64,000 nt of DNA from Candidatus Nomurabacteria bacterium (GCA_943350875.1 CALRAL010000002.1:68221-132220); one strand, 5' to 3'; counted from the stretch's first letter, positions 28,904 through 38,515 are shown. Numbers and translations: made by a program. Notes: generated by a model from the sequence alone, not told the origin.

Positions 28904-29515
28904 ATGTTTAGATTTATTATACCAGCCATTTTAATAGGAGTTGCAATTGCTGGTTTTTTTATGTTTGCTAAACCTTTTTACGCTGATATAACTAATTTGA
29001 AAAATCAGGTGATTTCTTACAATGAAGCGCTTAATAATTCAAAAGCTCTTGAGAATGCCCGAGATGAATTGACCAAAAAATACAATTCTATCGACCCAGA
29101 GAATTTAGCCAAGATAGTCAAATTCTTACCGGACAACGTTGACAACGTGAGGCTCATTCTTGAAATACAAAATATAGCTTCACCATACGGCATGTTGATA
29201 AAAGATATAAAATATGACACAGCTGACAAAAATAATACTCAGAAATTAACTCCACTACAGTTGTCACAACAAGCCGACATAAAACAATCCTCCAAAGATT
29301 ATGGGACATGGAATCTAGAATTCTCTACAGAAGGTACTTATACCAACTTTTTAAATTTTATAAAAGACTTAGAGAAGAATCTACGAATTGTCGATGTATC
29401 TTCTATCGAGTTTTCTTCTGATCTAGATACAAGTAAAGGTAAGGGTGCTAGCCCTGCATCATCCGATTCTTACAAATATGCTTTTAAAATTAAAACTTAT
29501 TGGTTAAAAAATTAG
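28904..29515 (+). CDS. pilO: PilO-like pilus assembly protein
   Basis: TM, coiled coil, FLP, GTYTNFLNFIKDLEKNLRIVDV. Confidence 0.8.
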   Translation: MFRFIIPAILIGVAIAGFFMFAKPFYADITNLKNQVISYNEALNNSKALENARDELTKKYNSIDPENLAKIVKFLPDNVDNVRLILEIQNIASPYGMLIKDIKYDTADKNNTQKLTPLQLSQQADIKQSSKDYGTWNLEFSTEGTYTNFLNFIKDLEKNLRIVDVSSIEFSSDLDTSKGKGASPASSDSYKYAFKIKTYWLKN

Positions 29516-29516
29516 C

Positions 29517-29984
29517 ATGGCAAAAAGTATAAAAAATATAATAATATCAGTAGTTATTGTAGCTATTTTAGTGGCGAGTTATATTTTCTTTATTAAAAAA
29601 GCTCCAGAACAAGCATCTCTCATTTCTTCCTCTGGTTCCATTTTACCTGGGGCAAATTCTACAACTACTTCCCCACAAGGTGTTCAAACGCAGGATTTTC
29701 TTTCTGTATTACTCAATGTTAAAAGTATAAAGTTGGACGATGCTATATTTTCTAAACCAGCTTTTCTTGCTTTACATGATTCTAGTATTTTACTCGTGCC
29801 TGATCAAAGTGCTGGCAGACCTAATCCTTTTGCTCCAATAGGTACTGACCCCGTTGTACCGCCCGTAGTACCTGTAGTCTCAGAAATTATTCCAGAAGCT
29901 CCTGTAGTCACCACTCCGATAAAATGCAAATTGCCAAAAGTAATAGATACCGAAACCAATACTTGTGTCAACCCAAAGCCTTAA
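29517..29984 (+). CDS. Membrane-anchored pilus-cluster protein
   Basis: N-terminal TM, GRPNPFAP, Pro-rich linker. Confidence 0.7.
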   Translation: MAKSIKNIIISVVIVAILVASYIFFIKKAPEQASLISSSGSILPGANSTTTSPQGVQTQDFLSVLLNVKSIKLDDAIFSKPAFLALHDSSILLVPDQSAGRPNPFAPIGTDPVVPPVVPVVSEIIPEAPVVTTPIKCKLPKVIDTETNTCVNPKP

Positions 29985-29991
29985 TAAAGAT

Positions 29992-31746
29992 ATGAGTTTT
30001 TTAGAAGAATTAGCTAAAAATGGCGTAATCGAAGAAAGCCAAATAGGAGAAGTAAAAAATCTTGCCAAGGAAAAGCACGAGGGTGATATTAATGATGCAC
30101 TTTTAGAGATGGGTATTGCTGAAGAAGTATTACTCTCCCAAAGAGGTGATTTTTTCAAAATACCAACTAGGAAAGTAGATGCCAAGAAGATATCTTTTGA
30201 TGCATTGAAATACATCTCAGAAGACTCAGCCACATATTATCATTTTGCGCCTTTTGGTTTGAAAGATGGAGTACTTGAGATAGGGGTGACGGATCCAGAA
30301 AATATCGGAGCTATGGATGCACTCCAATTTATCTCTGCTCAGATAGGTATTCCATTTAAGATTTTTCTTATATCAAAGACAGATTACAAAAATATCATGG
30401 AGAGTTATAAAGGCATATCAAATCAAATTGGTAGTGCTTTAGACGAGATAAATCAAGATACTAATGGAGACAGTAAAAGTTTAAACGATACCACGGATTT
30501 GAGTAAAGAAATCAAAGATGTAAAGCCAGGTGAAGAATCCAAAATAGTAGAAGATGCTCCAGTGATAAAAATTGTGGCGGTGGTGTTGAGGAATGCTATT
30601 GAAGGAAATGCTTCGGATATCCATATAGAAAATACTGGTGAAAAAGTAAAAGTGCGCTACCGTGTGGATGGGGTGCTTCATACTACGATAGTTTTACCTA
30701 CGAATGTTTACAGTGGAGTAGTGGCTCGTATTAAGATATTGTCCAAGCTTCGTCTAGATGAAAAGCGTAAGCCTCAAGACGGGTCTTTTTCTGCAAACAT
30801 CGATGGTAGGAAGATTGATTTTCGTGTTTCCACTATGCCTGCGTATTATGGTGAAAAAGTTGTAATGCGTATTTTGGATTCTGAAAAGGGAGTCAAACCA
30901 CTTGAAGAACTTGGTCTGTCAAAAAGGAATTTAAATTTAATCAAAGAGGCTCTAGCCAAACCTTACGGTCTGATTCTCATCACAGGGCCTACGGGTTCTG
31001 GTAAATCAACCACACTGTATTCTATGATGAATGGGCTCAATAAAGAAGAAAGCAACATCGTATCCCTCGAAGACCCAGTTGAATATCATATGCCAGATAT
31101 CAATCAATCTCAAATGATGCCGGAAATAGGTTATACTTTTGCTTCTGGACTCCGTTCGATACTCCGTCAAGACCCAGATGTGATCATGGTGGGGGAGATT
31201 CGTGATAAAGAGACGGCTCAGCTCGCCATCCAAGCTGCTTTGACTGGTCACCTAGTGTTTTCTACTCTCCATACAAACGATGCCATCGGAGCTATTCCTC
31301 GTCTGATAGACATGGGGGTGGATCCATACCTGATTGCTCCGACTTTGATTTTATCTGTGGCTCAACGTTTGGCCAAGATGACTTGTGCTTCATCAAAAAA
31401 GCTCGTGCCGATGGACGACAGCATTAAAATGCAATTAAAAGACCAGTTTAAAGACCTGCCAGAGGAATATAAGAAAGACATTATAGTTAAAAATGAAATG
31501 TATGAAACTGTGCCTTCTATGGAGTGTCCTTCTGGTACTCGTGGGCGTATCGCTGTCTATGAGATGTTTAAAATAGATAAAGAAATGCAAGCAGTTATCC
31601 TTAAAAACCCAATCAATTCCGAGATATACAAGACTGCGCGCAAGAGCGGTATGCTTATGATGAAAGAAGATGCTATACTTAAAGCAGTGGATGGAATTAT
31701 CCCATTTACCGAAGTTTATAATTTTAGTAGTAGTGAAACTGATTAA
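29992..31746 (+). CDS. pilB: Type IV pilus extension ATPase (PilB/GspE)
   Basis: ASDIHIE, GPTGSGKSTTL, EDPVEY, LRQDPDVIMVGEIRD. Confidence 0.95.
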   Translation: MSFLEELAKNGVIEESQIGEVKNLAKEKHEGDINDALLEMGIAEEVLLSQRGDFFKIPTRKVDAKKISFDALKYISEDSATYYHFAPFGLKDGVLEIGVTDPENIGAMDALQFISAQIGIPFKIFLISKTDYKNIMESYKGISNQIGSALDEINQDTNGDSKSLNDTTDLSKEIKDVKPGEESKIVEDAPVIKIVAVVLRNAIEGNASDIHIENTGEKVKVRYRVDGVLHTTIVLPTNVYSGVVARIKILSKLRLDEKRKPQDGSFSANIDGRKIDFRVSTMPAYYGEKVVMRILDSEKGVKPLEELGLSKRNLNLIKEALAKPYGLILITGPTGSGKSTTLYSMMNGLNKEESNIVSLEDPVEYHMPDINQSQMMPEIGYTFASGLRSILRQDPDVIMVGEIRDKETAQLAIQAALTGHLVFSTLHTNDAIGAIPRLIDMGVDPYLIAPTLILSVAQRLAKMTCASSKKLVPMDDSIKMQLKDQFKDLPEEYKKDIIVKNEMYETVPSMECPSGTRGRIAVYEMFKIDKEMQAVILKNPINSEIYKTARKSGMLMMKEDAILKAVDGIIPFTEVYNFSSSETD

Positions 31747-31798
31747 AATATTAACAATATTTTAATCAAAATAGTTTTATTATATAATAAAAAAATAT

Positions 31799-32206
31799 AT
31801 GGAAGGACAAAAAAAGAAAATTTTAATAGTAGACGATGATAGTTTTTTACTTGACATGTATGCTTTCAAGTTCAGTCAGAATGGATTTGAAGTTTACACG
31901 GCGCTCGATGGTTTGAAGTGTGTAGATAAATTAAAAGACGGATTGTCTCCCGACATCATCTTGATGGATTTGATTATGCCAGAGATGGATGGCTTTGAGA
32001 TGTTGGAGACAATAAACAAAGAGAATCTTTCTCCGAATTCTGTAAAGATAGTCTTGTCAAACAAGAGCCAACAGTCAGACATCGATCGTGGTAATGAGCT
32101 CGGAGTGTCTGGATATATAGTCAAGGCGAATTCCACTCCAGCCGAAGTTATCAGTCAGGTGGTAGATGTTTTGGCAAAGAAACTTGTAAACGGAGCTAAT
32201 AAATAA
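31799..32206 (+). CDS. Single-domain response regulator
   Basis: ILIVDDD, ILMDLIMPEMDGF, YIVKA. Confidence 0.92.
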   Translation: MEGQKKKILIVDDDSFLLDMYAFKFSQNGFEVYTALDGLKCVDKLKDGLSPDIILMDLIMPEMDGFEMLETINKENLSPNSVKIVLSNKSQQSDIDRGNELGVSGYIVKANSTPAEVISQVVDVLAKKLVNGANK

Positions 32207-32216
32207 TTATTTTAAT

Positions 32217-33275
32217 ATGGATTATAAGCAAAAATTGGAAGAGTTTATTTTAAGTGTTATTCACGAAAGTGGGTCTGATTTGCATTTGGGTGTAAGTAGA
32301 GTACCAGCTATCCGAGTGTCAGGAGAATTGATTTTTCTATTGAAAAATGAAGTTTTGACCAAAGAAGACATGCTGGGTTTCTTGTCCCAAGTCTTGGACA
32401 AGAAAAAAATAGATAAATTTATGGAAGATCAAGAGATTGATTTCTCTTACGATTTCCAAGGAGAGACGCGACTTCGGGGTAATGCATTTTTCTCCAAAGG
32501 TTTGATCAATATGGCTTTGCGTTTAGTACCAAAGGTGAAGACTTTAGACGAGCTTCATTTACCTCCGATTATTGCCGATATGACTCGCAAGAAGCAAGGT
32601 TTTTTCTTAGTCGTCGGTCCTGTTGGACAAGGTAAATCCACTACTTTATCTGCAATGGTGAATTTGATAAATAATGAACAAGCTAGGAACGTCGTGACGA
32701 TCGAAGATCCAATAGAATATGTTTATGTACCAAATAAATCCATTATTAGTCAGCGAGAAGTTGGTATTGATACAAAGGATTTCAATTCTGCTTTAAAATC
32801 TGTTTTTCGTCAAGATGTCAATGTTATAATGATAGGCGAAATGCGTACTCCAGAGAACATTGCTACAGCGGTGACGGCTGCCGAGACTGGACATTTGGTT
32901 CTTTCCACTTTACATACCAACAACGCTGCTCAAACTATAGACAGGATTATTGATGCTTTCCCGGGCAATCAGCAAGACCAGATCCGTTCTCAACTGGCCT
33001 CATCTTTGATCGGTGTTTTCTCTCAAAGATTGATTCCAAGGGTTGCAGGTGGACTTATTCCAGCCTATGAACTACTACTCAATAATAATGCAGTTTCCAA
33101 CCTTATTCGCGAGAAACGTACCCATGAGATAAATGTGGTGATAGAGACAGGTACTGAGTCTGGGATGGTGGACCTTAATCATTCACTTCTAGAGCTTGTG
33201 CGAACAGGAGAGATATCACTCGAGAGTGCTTACCAATATTCTATGAATCCCCAAGCTCTCCAAAAAATGTTGTAA
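32217..33275 (+). CDS. pilT: Type IV pilus retraction ATPase
   Basis: SDLHL, GPVGQGKSTTL, EDPIEY, AAETGHLVLSTLHT, NLIRE. Confidence 0.94.
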   Translation: MDYKQKLEEFILSVIHESGSDLHLGVSRVPAIRVSGELIFLLKNEVLTKEDMLGFLSQVLDKKKIDKFMEDQEIDFSYDFQGETRLRGNAFFSKGLINMALRLVPKVKTLDELHLPPIIADMTRKKQGFFLVVGPVGQGKSTTLSAMVNLINNEQARNVVTIEDPIEYVYVPNKSIISQREVGIDTKDFNSALKSVFRQDVNVIMIGEMRTPENIATAVTAAETGHLVLSTLHTNNAAQTIDRIIDAFPGNQQDQIRSQLASSLIGVFSQRLIPRVAGGLIPAYELLLNNNAVSNLIREKRTHEINVVIETGTESGMVDLNHSLLELVRTGEISLESAYQYSMNPQALQKML

Positions 33276-33396
33276 TCCCGTACGAAGTCATTCAGTTAGT
33301 TAAAGTAGTAATAAGTGGTATAATGATTTATGTTTTATAGTCGTTATTAATAAAATTAATTATGGAAATCTACTGATTTCCTACTTCGTTCGGGAT
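33275..33396. repeat. Inverted-repeat-bounded pilT-pilC intergenic element containing a -10 box
   Basis: ATCCCGTACGAAGT ... ACTTCGTTCGGGAT (13/14 inverted match), overlapping the pilT stop and pilC start; TGGTATAAT inside. Confidence 0.65.
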
Positions 33397-34603
33397 GCTA
33401 TTTTCATACAAATCCGTAGATGACAAAGGAATAAAAAAGGAGGGAGAGATAGATGCTCCAAATAAAGACAGTGCCATCAGCGCTATCCAGAGGCGTGGGC
33501 TCATCATCACCTCTATTAAAGATATGGGAGATAATAAATCCATCTTCAGCATGTCTTTTTTTAATAAAGTAAAGATGAAAGAAGTGGTTATTCTCTCTAG
33601 GCAGATTTCTACCTTGTTTGAAGCGCAAGTTTCTGCTTTGAAAACTTTCACCATGCTTGCTTCTAGTTCTACGAACCCGCTTTTGCGTTATAAATTAAAC
33701 CAAGTTAGCGATGATTTGCAAGCAGGGCTATCCATCTCTGAAGCTCTTTCCAAGCATCCAGATGTATTTTCAGATTTTTATATCAATATGGTCAGGGTTG
33801 GGGAAGAGACTGGTAAATTGAATCAGACTTTTGCTCATTTGGCAGATTACCTCAATCGCCAATATGAACTTACCTCCAAGACTAAAAATGCTCTCATTTA
33901 TCCTATATTCGTCATTGTCACCTTTTTTGTAGTGATGGGACTGATGTTTGTAGTAGTTATTCCAAAGCTTTCTGCTATTATTCTAGATTCTGGACAAAAA
34001 CCGCCTGTTTATACCCAAGTCGTCATCGCTTTGTCTAGTTTCTTTGTGCATTACGGCTTCATTTTTATCATTTTCCTTATCCTTTTAGGTTTTTGGGTTT
34101 GGAGACTCTCTGCCACAGAGAAAGGCAAGATATATTTAGATAGGTTGAGTTTGTCTATCCCAGCTGTGGGTAGCCTTTACAAGAGACTATATCTTTCCCG
34201 TATTGCGGACAATATGAATACAATGTTAACCTCGGGTATTCAGATAGTGCGTGCGATAGAGATAACAGGGGCGGTAGTAGGTAGTAAAGTATATACAGAA
34301 ATTTTGAAAAATGCAGAAGACGGAGTCAAAGCCGGCTTGGCTTTTTCTACAACCCTAGAAAAGTACCCCGAAGAGATGCCGGGCATTATGGTGCAGATGG
34401 TAAAGGTGGGTGAGGAGACAGGGTCCCTGGGAGCAATTTTGAAGACTCTAGCAGAATTCTACAAACGTGAGGTGGATGACGCGATAGATACTTTAATAGG
34501 GCTTATTGAGCCGGTGATGATCATCGTGCTCGGTCTTGGCGTGGGTATTCTCCTAGTCTCAGTGCTGATGCCTATTTACAATATGGCAGGGAACATAAGT
34601 TAA
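33395..34603 (+). CDS. pilC: Type IV pilus platform protein (PilC/GspF)
   Basis: RQISTLFEA, VGEETGKL, ALIYP, LIEPVMI, LMPIY. Confidence 0.94.
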   Translation: MLFSYKSVDDKGIKKEGEIDAPNKDSAISAIQRRGLIITSIKDMGDNKSIFSMSFFNKVKMKEVVILSRQISTLFEAQVSALKTFTMLASSSTNPLLRYKLNQVSDDLQAGLSISEALSKHPDVFSDFYINMVRVGEETGKLNQTFAHLADYLNRQYELTSKTKNALIYPIFVIVTFFVVMGLMFVVVIPKLSAIILDSGQKPPVYTQVVIALSSFFVHYGFIFIIFLILLGFWVWRLSATEKGKIYLDRLSLSIPAVGSLYKRLYLSRIADNMNTMLTSGIQIVRAIEITGAVVGSKVYTEILKNAEDGVKAGLAFSTTLEKYPEEMPGIMVQMVKVGEETGSLGAILKTLAEFYKREVDDAIDTLIGLIEPVMIIVLGLGVGILLVSVLMPIYNMAGNIS

Positions 34604-34611
34604 AAAATTCA

Positions 34612-34685
34612 AACCCCTCCTGACCTCCCCTTGTCAGGGGAGGAAAAATATAAAAGTCCCCCTGACAAGGGGGATATAGGGGGTT
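34612..34685. repeat. Inverted pair of C/G-tract hairpin elements
   Basis: AACCCCTCCTGACCTCCCCTTGTCAGGGGAGG and TCCCCCTGACAAGGGGGATATAGGGGGTT; same family at 61089 and within ligA and pheT. Confidence 0.75.
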
Positions 34686-34758
34686 GTATTCTAAATCTGT
34701 GCATAACTTTCTTGCCCTTATTTTTATTATGTTATAATTATCACATTAGAAAAGTATT

Positions 34759-34788
34759 TCAGCCAAAGGCTGATCCGCCTCGGGCGGA
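34759..34788. repeat. 30-nt double-hairpin element in the pilin leader
   Basis: TCAGCCAAAGGCTGA-TCCGCCTCGGGCGGA. Confidence 0.75.
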
Positions 34789-34851
34789 AAAAATTAAGTC
34801 GAAAAAATTATTATTAGCTTCCGCCATACGCGGATAAATTATAAATAAATT

Positions 34852-35295
34852 ATGAAGAATTTTAAAAAAGGTTTTACGTTAATCGAACTCTTGGTCGTTA
34901 TCGCTATCATTGGTATATTGGCTTCAGTTGTGTTGTCTTCCTTAAGCTCAGCTAGGAGTAAAGGTTATGATGCAAAGGTAAAAGCCCAACTTTCTGGAGT
35001 TAGAGCTGCTGCCGAAAATTATTACTCAACTGGTAATACTTATACTGCTTCAACAATGGCCGCACCAGCACTTCCTTGTACCGGTACAATGTTTATTGAT
35101 GCAGCTTCGGGAATGAGTGGGTATACAGGAACTGCAGCAGCATGGCCTACAGGTACATTGCTTAGTTGTCAAGCTACAGCTTCTGCTTATGCTGTAAGTG
35201 GTTCTCTTTCTTCAGGATTCTGGTGTGTTGACAGTGCGGGTAATTCAAAAAGTGAAGCTTCCAACTTGGGTTCTGGAGTGGTAGCTTGCCCATAA
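34852..35295 (+). CDS. Type IV pilin (probable major pilin)
   Basis: KKGFTLIELLVVIAIIGILAS, WCVDSAG, C-terminal Cys; own promoter and terminator. Confidence 0.93.
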   Translation: MKNFKKGFTLIELLVVIAIIGILASVVLSSLSSARSKGYDAKVKAQLSGVRAAAENYYSTGNTYTASTMAAPALPCTGTMFIDAASGMSGYTGTAAAWPTGTLLSCQATASAYAVSGSLSSGFWCVDSAGNSKSEASNLGSGVVACP

Positions 35296-35397
35296 TTTCC
35301 GTAAATATTCTTGTGAACACAAAAAACACCTCGAAAAGGTGTTTTTTGTGTTATACTGTACAAGTAGTCTATATTATTAATATTAGAAAAATAAATT

Positions 35398-35604
35398 ATG
35401 AAGAATTTTAAAAAAGGTTTTACGTTAATCGAACTCTTGGTCGTTATCGCTATCATTGGTATATTGGCTTCAGTAATTCTTGCTATATCTAGTTCTTCTA
35501 GGAGTAAAGGTAATGATGCAAAGGTAATAACTCAAATAGTACAAATGGCCAGTCAAAGTTTTTTATTTAGTGGAACAACAGGGACTTCTTATGTATCAGT
35601 ATAG
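35398..35604 (+). pseudogene. Truncated type IV pilin
   Basis: First about 77 coding nt identical to the upstream pilin; the ORF ends at the TAG of the first REP copy after 68 aa. Confidence 0.8.
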
Positions 35605-35931
35605 CAAGAACCGTTCTTGCTACAGGAAGAAGTCATCCAAAAGATGGCTTTTTCTTTTTCCCCACGATAGCAAGAACCGTTCTTGCTACAAGAGTATAGC
35701 AAGAACCGTTCTAGTATAGCAAGAACCGTTCTTGCTACAGGAAGAAGTCATCCAAAAGAAGTATAGTATAGCAAGAACCGTTCTTGCTACAATCAAGAAA
35801 TCACCCCTCAAAGGGTGGTTTTTTGTATTGGGTGGGTTTTAGTATAGCAAGAACCGTTCTTGCTACAAGAAGAAGTCATCCAAAAGATGGCTTTTTCTTT
35901 TTCTACACGATAGCAAGAACCGTTCTTGCTA
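35602..35931 (-). repeat. GTAG-type REP array (6 full copies and 1 partial)
   Basis: TAGCAAGAACCGTTCTTGCTA at 35602, 35668, 35717, 35769, 35845, 35911, partial at 35697; minus strand reads GTAGCAAGAAC-G-GTTCTTGCTA. Confidence 0.92.
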
Positions 35932-35960
35932 CAAGTAATTAAACTTGATATACTTTAACC

Positions 35961-36641
35961 ATGTTGCGCAAAGATCCATTTATAACAGGCGAGTATTATC
36001 ATCTATATAATAGAGGCATAGACAAAAGAGTAATTTTTAAATCAAAAAATGACTATGAAAGGTTCATTATGCTTTTGTATGTCGCGAATTCTAACAACAA
36101 ACAGCCTCTTCGTTTGGATAATTTAATTAATCATTCTCATAAGAATTTTAATGAGATTATGCTTTTAGATAAAGGTGAACCACTTGTTTCTATTGGAGCT
36201 TGGTGTCTGATGACTAACCATTTTCATTTATTAGTTCGACAAGAGGTTGATGGGGGAATTACAAAATTTATGAAAAAACTGGGTACTGGATATTCCATGT
36301 TTTTTAATATTAAATATCAAAGAAGTGGAGCTCTTTTTGGTGGTTTATTTAAATCAAAGTTGATTGGGAATGATGATAATTACATAAGACACTTACTGGG
36401 CTATATTCATCTAAATCCACTTGATATTAAATTCTCTGGTTGGGAAAAAATTATTGAGGAAGCATATTCAAAAGAATGGAAGGATTTTCTAGAGAATTAT
36501 CTATATTCAAGCTATAAGGATTATATTGGTGAAGATAGGGTGGAGAAGAATATTTTAGATATTAAGAATTTCCCTGATTATTTTAATGAAGAAAATTTGT
36601 TTGAAGATTTTATAGATAATTACTTAATGGAAACATTATAG
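35961..36641 (+). mobile_element. REP-associated tyrosine transposase (RAYT, Y1 HUH)
   Basis: YYHLYNRG, CLMTNHFHLL (HUH), YIHLNP, YSSY; flanked by REPs. Confidence 0.92.
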
Positions 36642-36646
36642 CACTA

Positions 36647-36667
36647 TAGCAAGGACCGTCCTTGCTA
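36647..36667 (-). repeat. REP variant downstream of the RAYT
   Basis: TAGCAAGGACCGTCCTTGCTA, with a compensatory base-pair change relative to the upstream copies. Confidence 0.88.
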
Positions 36668-36723
36668 CAATCAAAGGTGTTTTTGTATTGGGTGCGTTTT
36701 GTGTTTTGTGGTATAATTAAATT

Positions 36724-36918
36724 ATGTTAAATTCACTTATAAACCTAGAAGCTTTAGGAGAAATAAGTAAAGATTTAGGTCAGATTTTTTTCGCTTCAGT
36801 TTTTCTTACTAGTTTAATGGGGAATGTGATAGATTATTCCACTATCTTTACAGGACTGATTTTATCATTAGTTTTTTGGTCGTTTTATGTTATATCTAGG
36901 AAAAATATTAATAATTAA
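36724..36918 (+). CDS. Small 2-TM protein
   Basis: 64 aa hydrophobic ORF; TGGTATAAT shortly before the ATG. Confidence 0.7.
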   Translation: MLNSLINLEALGEISKDLGQIFFASVFLTSLMGNVIDYSTIFTGLILSLVFWSFYVISRKNINN

Positions 36919-36921
36919 TTC

Positions 36922-37014
36922 ATGAATATAAATGTTATGATAAATATATATATACTCGGGGCTTTATTAGCTATTGCAATTATACTTTTAGCTATTTTTG
37001 CAAAAAAAAGATAA
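36922..37014 (+). CDS. 30-aa single-TM peptide
   Basis: MNINVMINIYILGALLAIAIILLAIFAKKR*, 3 nt after the previous stop. Confidence 0.55.
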   Translation: MNINVMINIYILGALLAIAIILLAIFAKKR

Positions 37015-37102
37015 TCGCTAGTTTCCAATGAAAAGGGATATTTTCTGATTGTTTTTGGATATGTTATAATATACCAGATTATTATTTAAACAATTTACAA
37101 AA

Positions 37103-37888
37103 ATGATCCCCATGCTCACTATCATCTTTTTCATTCTAGGGCTTATTATAGGTAGTTTTTTGAATGTCGTTATTTTAAGATACAACACTGGCAAATCTTT
37201 CCGCGGGCGTAGTGGATGTATGACTTGCAGGAATTTGCTTTCTTGGTATGAACTCATCCCACTTATTAGTTTTGTGGCTCTCGGTGGGAAATGTAAGAAT
37301 TGCAAAACTAAGATCTCTTTCCAATATCCTCTTGTGGAGCTCTCGATGGGGCTCATCTTTATGGGGCTCTTTCTGAAGTTCCAAGATCTTTTTTATTTTG
37401 ACACTTTGGCTTTCAGTTTTACTTATGGGTATTATGCAGTGATGTTTTCACTCCTGATGATCATCGCAGTGTATGACCTGAAGCATAAGATAATTCCTGA
37501 TTTACTTTCTTTCATCTTTGGCGCTTTGGCCTTTGTGGGGATGTTCTTCTTCAGTAGTAACGGCTATTATACACATATTCCAAATCTTTCTGATTTTTTA
37601 TCGGGGCTGGCTGTGGCTGTGCCTTTTTCACTATTTTGGTTCTTATCCAAAGGGGCTTGGATGGGCTTAGGGGATGCAAAGCTCTCTCTAGGGCTTGGTT
37701 GGTTCCTAGGGCTTTCTATGATGCTTTCAGGTGTAGTGGTAGCATTTTGGTCTGGAGCTATCATAGGCTTGGTGCTTATTTCTTTTTCAAAGATGCATGG
37801 CATGAAGAGTGAGATTCCTTTTGCTCCGTTTTTAGTTTTTGGTACAGTGATAGCTTTTCTTTTCGAACTGCATCTTTTCCCTTTTTAA
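37103..37888 (+). CDS. pilD: Prepilin peptidase
   Basis: GSFLNVVILR, CMTC..CKNC, YDLKHKIIPD, MGLGDAKL, IPFAPFL. Confidence 0.95.
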   Translation: MIPMLTIIFFILGLIIGSFLNVVILRYNTGKSFRGRSGCMTCRNLLSWYELIPLISFVALGGKCKNCKTKISFQYPLVELSMGLIFMGLFLKFQDLFYFDTLAFSFTYGYYAVMFSLLMIIAVYDLKHKIIPDLLSFIFGALAFVGMFFFSSNGYYTHIPNLSDFLSGLAVAVPFSLFWFLSKGAWMGLGDAKLSLGLGWFLGLSMMLSGVVVAFWSGAIIGLVLISFSKMHGMKSEIPFAPFLVFGTVIAFLFELHLFPF

Positions 37889-37891
37889 CTT

Positions 37892-38512
37892 ATGTTTGAA
37901 TTTGTGAAAAAAAAGAAAAAAAATGGTGGCATGACATATGTGGAGCTCATTGTAGTTCTCTCTATTTTTGGCATTATGAGTTCGATTGTGATGTTTAATT
38001 ACAATGATTTCCAAGCCAAAGTAGATATCAAGAATTTGGCGAACGACATCGCTCTTGAGATAGTCAAAGCCCAAAAGTCCGCCATGGGAGGTAAATTGCC
38101 ACCACAGGCACAGGTACAATATCTTCTTGCTAACAATCCAGATTGGAAACCATCCTATGGAGTTTATTTTGATACGTCATCTAGCGGTCAAAAAAGTTTT
38201 GATTATTTTGTTGATTTAGATGGTGATAAAGCACTAAATGATTTTTCTTGTTCTGGTAATAATGAATGTTTAGCTAAAATAGATATAACAAAAGGAAATT
38301 TTGTATCTAAAATTGAAGCTGTACCTTTTGCTCATATAGATAGATTAAGCATAATCTTCACAAGACCAGATTCAGGAGCAGTTTTTACAAAGTATGAAAG
38401 TGAAAATACAGTATTATCTAGTTCTTCTGTTCAAATTATTATTTCTTCCAAAGATGGATCAGCCAAGGCAAAAATAAATGTATATAGTTCTGGCAGAATT
38501 CAAATAAATTAA
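37892..38512 (+). CDS. Minor pilin
   Basis: GMTYVELIVV type IV N-terminus. Confidence 0.85.
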   Translation: MFEFVKKKKKNGGMTYVELIVVLSIFGIMSSIVMFNYNDFQAKVDIKNLANDIALEIVKAQKSAMGGKLPPQAQVQYLLANNPDWKPSYGVYFDTSSSGQKSFDYFVDLDGDKALNDFSCSGNNECLAKIDITKGNFVSKIEAVPFAHIDRLSIIFTRPDSGAVFTKYESENTVLSSSSVQIIISSKDGSAKAKINVYSSGRIQIN

Positions 38513-38515
38513 TTT

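Noticed and set aside
33362-33394. TGA read-through or alternative genetic code extending pilC from the in-frame ATG at 33362
   Set aside because: TGA is a normal stop elsewhere (gyrB, the UvrD-nuclease) and PilC homology starts at 33395
34631-34837. 68-aa ORF upstream of the pilin
   Set aside because: Made of palindromic repeats and the pilin promoter; TTG start, no protein-like features
35602-35931. CRISPR array
   Set aside because: Spacers are of very unequal length and repeat each other, the repeat is a 21-nt GTAG-type palindrome, the adjacent gene is a RAYT, and no cas genes are present
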